From Octopus sinensis (Eukaryota), in NCBI RefSeq assembly GCF_006345805.1, contig NC_043019.1, forward strand, positions 4,525,360 through 4,589,359: 64,000 nt of DNA, read 5' to 3'. The notes below the pieces were generated by a model. That model had not been told where the DNA came from and did not search any database. It saw only the letters and a list, made by a program, of their open reading frames with translations. Both the position numbers and the translations under genes were made by a program. Below, one piece after another: positions 25,986-64,000 of this stretch. Numbering within the stretch: position 1 is the first letter of the stretch; the number at the start of each line of letters is the position of its first letter.

Positions 25986-26217
25986 GTACATATGTGTGTG
26001 TGTGTGTGTGTGGATATGCAATGGCCCAGTGGTTAGGGCAGTGGACTTGCAGTCATAGGATCGTGGTTTTGATTCCCAGACCGGGCGTTGTGAGTGTTTA
26101 TTGAGTGAAAACACCTAAAAGCTCCAAAAAGCTCCAGCAGGGGGTGGTGGTGATCCCTGCTGTACTTTTTCACCACAACCTTCTCTCACTCTTTCTTCTG
26201 ATGGTTTGGTTGGTCAT

Positions 26218-26264
<47 letters not shown>

Positions 26265-26266
<2 letters not shown>

Positions 26267-26474
26267 CTAAGAATAAGGGTGTCTGAGAGACACCACCATG
26301 CCGAAATAGCAGTCAAAACCCTGACTTTAAAAATCACGTTAAATGTTCATATCGTACCATGAGATAAGACAGAGGGGCATGGTACGATATGAACATTTAA
26401 CGTGGTTTTTAAAGTCAGGGTTTTGACTGCTATTTCAGCATGGTGGTGTCTCTCAGACACCCTTATTTTTAGTT
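26265..26474. repeat. Near-perfect 97-bp inverted repeat with 16-nt loop
   Basis: 26265-26361 vs 26378-26474, about 3 mismatches; abuts (TA)n. Confidence 0.95.
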
Positions 26475-26850
26475 GTAAAAAAATTATTACCTTTGTACGG
26501 TATTTTTTCCCATGCTGGCCACTTGATAATATCGATAATTAAATATCGATATTATCCTTATTTATAAATATATATATATACACACACACATAAGAATAAG
26601 CATATTAAAAGGGGTCTGTGGGAAAGCTTATTTAAATATAAGGGTTGGGAATCACTGTTTTAAAACCTTGTTAAGTGAAAGGTCCCCACTGTCGCCATGG
26701 ACCACCACTCAGAAACAAACCAATTAAATAATTATTTCAATGTTTTTGTTTTAATAAAGAATTGTTTTTGTTTTTCTTGCAGGTGGTGGCGGTTGTTGTT
26801 GTGATTTCACTCTTTCTAGGAACTGTGAGTGAAACACAACAGGTTCCAGT

Positions 26851-62152
<35,302 letters not shown>

Positions 62153-62172
62153 TAATTCTAATTTTATTGTAA

Positions 62173-62872
62173 TCACTATATATATAAACGGCAAAATGTC
62201 TGTCTGTGTGTATCCTTTATACAAATCCACAATTTTTCAGTCAGAGGGCTCGCACTTTTTATAGTCATTCAAAACCGTCCAAGGGTGGTCATGCACATCT
62301 TTACATTTTCCTAGTCACCCCGCAAAGCCAGTAAGAAACTCAATAAACCAACCCTTTATCTTTCAGGTAACAAAAGTTTTTAAAACAAGGGACATAACTC
62401 ACTTAATCCAGCTGTTTAATCTAAAGATATTAAACCATAGCAAGGGAAATAACTCTTTAAAACTCTGCATTTCCCTCCCTTTGTTATGTATCACACCTCA
62501 ATACTGTACCAGACCAATTTATCCAATTTAGGACCGGAACTGTCCCGGATTTCTGGATTTTCCAGTTTCCCAGAGAATTTCTAAACGTTTGCTTAAAATC
62601 TCTATATCTATAAATGGCAAAATCTCTGTTTTTTGATTGGACGGAGATAATTTTACACCTGACAGTTGGATGCACATGCGCATTTGCAGACAGTCTGTAT
62701 GACTGCGCAGTTTTGTGTTTTGGCTTTCAAACGTGCATGCTTTTTTGATTTGAGAAATGCAGGGAATAATTAAAGAGTTAGATCAAGTGAATGACAAGAG
62801 AGCGGGATTTTCACGAAAGACCAAATAGGCTTGACTAGCACTAGACCCGGCAACGCCGGCTCATAGTGCTAG
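62173..62872 (+). mobile_element. 700-bp non-autonomous Helitron, 37 nt after the exon 9 donor
   Basis: A|TCACTATATATATAAACGGCAAAATGTCTG ... GACCCGGC aac GCCGGCTC atagtg CTAG|T. Confidence 0.85.
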
Positions 62873-62994
62873 TGGTCATTTATGAGAGCGTTAAGATTAC
62901 CACTGATCAATGATACCACATTGTATCTCTGACTAGGATATTTGGATGCCCACAGAATTATGCCACCATATGTATCTATGGCTATGATATCTGG

Positions 62995-63420
62995 CCACAG
63001 TCGAACCAATTCTACTATATGGCTCAGAAACGTGGATGTTATCAAAGAAGCTTGAGAGGCGGTTGGATGGAACCTACACTCGCCTCCTTATGAGAGCTCA
63101 AAATCTCTCGTGGAAGCGTCATCCAACCAAAGTACAAATATACGGGAAATTACCACCTGTATCATCTCTTGTAGGAGAGTCCAGTTTGCTGGACATTGTT
63201 GTAGAGTTGAAAACGAGGTAATTTCTACTCTTCTCCTCTGGAAGCCATCTGCTCACGATACCAGAGGGCGCACACTCTCCTACCCTGATGTAATCTCCAG
63301 GGATACAGGCATCCAGCAACAGGACCTCCGTAATGCTATGATGGACCGTGAAGCCTGGTGTAGCATGGTAAATTCCATTGTCTTGACCACGGTCGAACCA
63401 TGATGATGATGATGATGATA
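62995..63420 (+). mobile_element. RTE/RTEX-like LINE 3' end with (TGA)n tail
   Basis: TVEPILLYGSETWMLSKKLERRLDGTYTRLL..RRVQFAGHC..; atgatatctgg duplicated at 62984-94 and 63415-25. Confidence 0.85.
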
Positions 63421-64000
63421 TCTGGATGGCCACATAGCTACCGTATCTTGACAATCAGAAGTGTCGTCCCTAGTTCATATCATGTCACCAGTATTACTTT
63501 GCATCTATCTCTAACACATTAACTTCTCAAATGGTCCAATCCTATCTGGTTACTCTTTACTCTCTTTTACTTGTTTCAGTCATTTGACTGCGGCCATGCT
63601 GGAGCACCGCCTTTAGTCGAGCAAATCGACCCCAGGACTTATTCTTTGTAAGCCCAGTACTTATTCTATCGGTCTCTTTTGCCGAACCGCTAAGTAATGG
63701 TTGTCAAGCAATGCTAGGGGGACAAACACAGACACACATACATATACATATATATATATATGTATACATATATACGACAGGCTTCTTTCAGTTTCCGTCT
63801 ACCAAATCCACTCACAAGGCTTTGGTCGGCCCGAGGCTATAGCAGAAGACACTTGCCCAAGATGCCACGCAGTGGGACTGAACCCAGAACCATGTGGTTG
63901 GTAAGCAAGCTACTTACCACACAGCCACTCCTGCGCCTTGTGTTCATATTGATATCATTACTGGTCATTCTTAACCCCAGGTCCTCAGTTATAAAGTAGA

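Overview
AT-rich, repeat-dense animal genomic DNA. The SINE families and the TA/CA microsatellite load point to an Octopus-like cephalopod (inference). One protein-coding gene is supported: a + strand Src-family tyrosine kinase with 9 coding exons at 26851-62135 (SH4/unique, SH3, SH2, most of the kinase domain), all joined in frame by GT-AG introns; the last exon lies beyond the window. The rest is Penelope-like retroelements (PLEs), RTE/CR1 LINE pieces, tRNA-derived SINEs, Helitrons, mariner/hAT/piggyBac-like elements, TE-derived satellites and a 28S rRNA fragment. The most striking observations are: (1) a kinase exon whose acceptor AG follows a 1465-nt AG-free repeat tract, with the only strong pyrimidine tract about 1.4 kb upstream (extreme distant-branch-point architecture); (2) type-I hammerhead ribozyme motifs from about five unrelated families, including an intact one at 35122-35216 and a recurrent CCGACGA core variant, often inside fold-back elements; (3) a kinase with Asp at the first glycine of the Gly-rich loop (GAT, one A-to-I edit from Gly), a degenerate SH2-kinase linker and an RxLPPxP motif next to its SH3; (4) a 28S fragment fused to a LINE-type (GAT)n tail. 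Everything was read by eye; repeat boundaries are approximate to about 10-20 nt.
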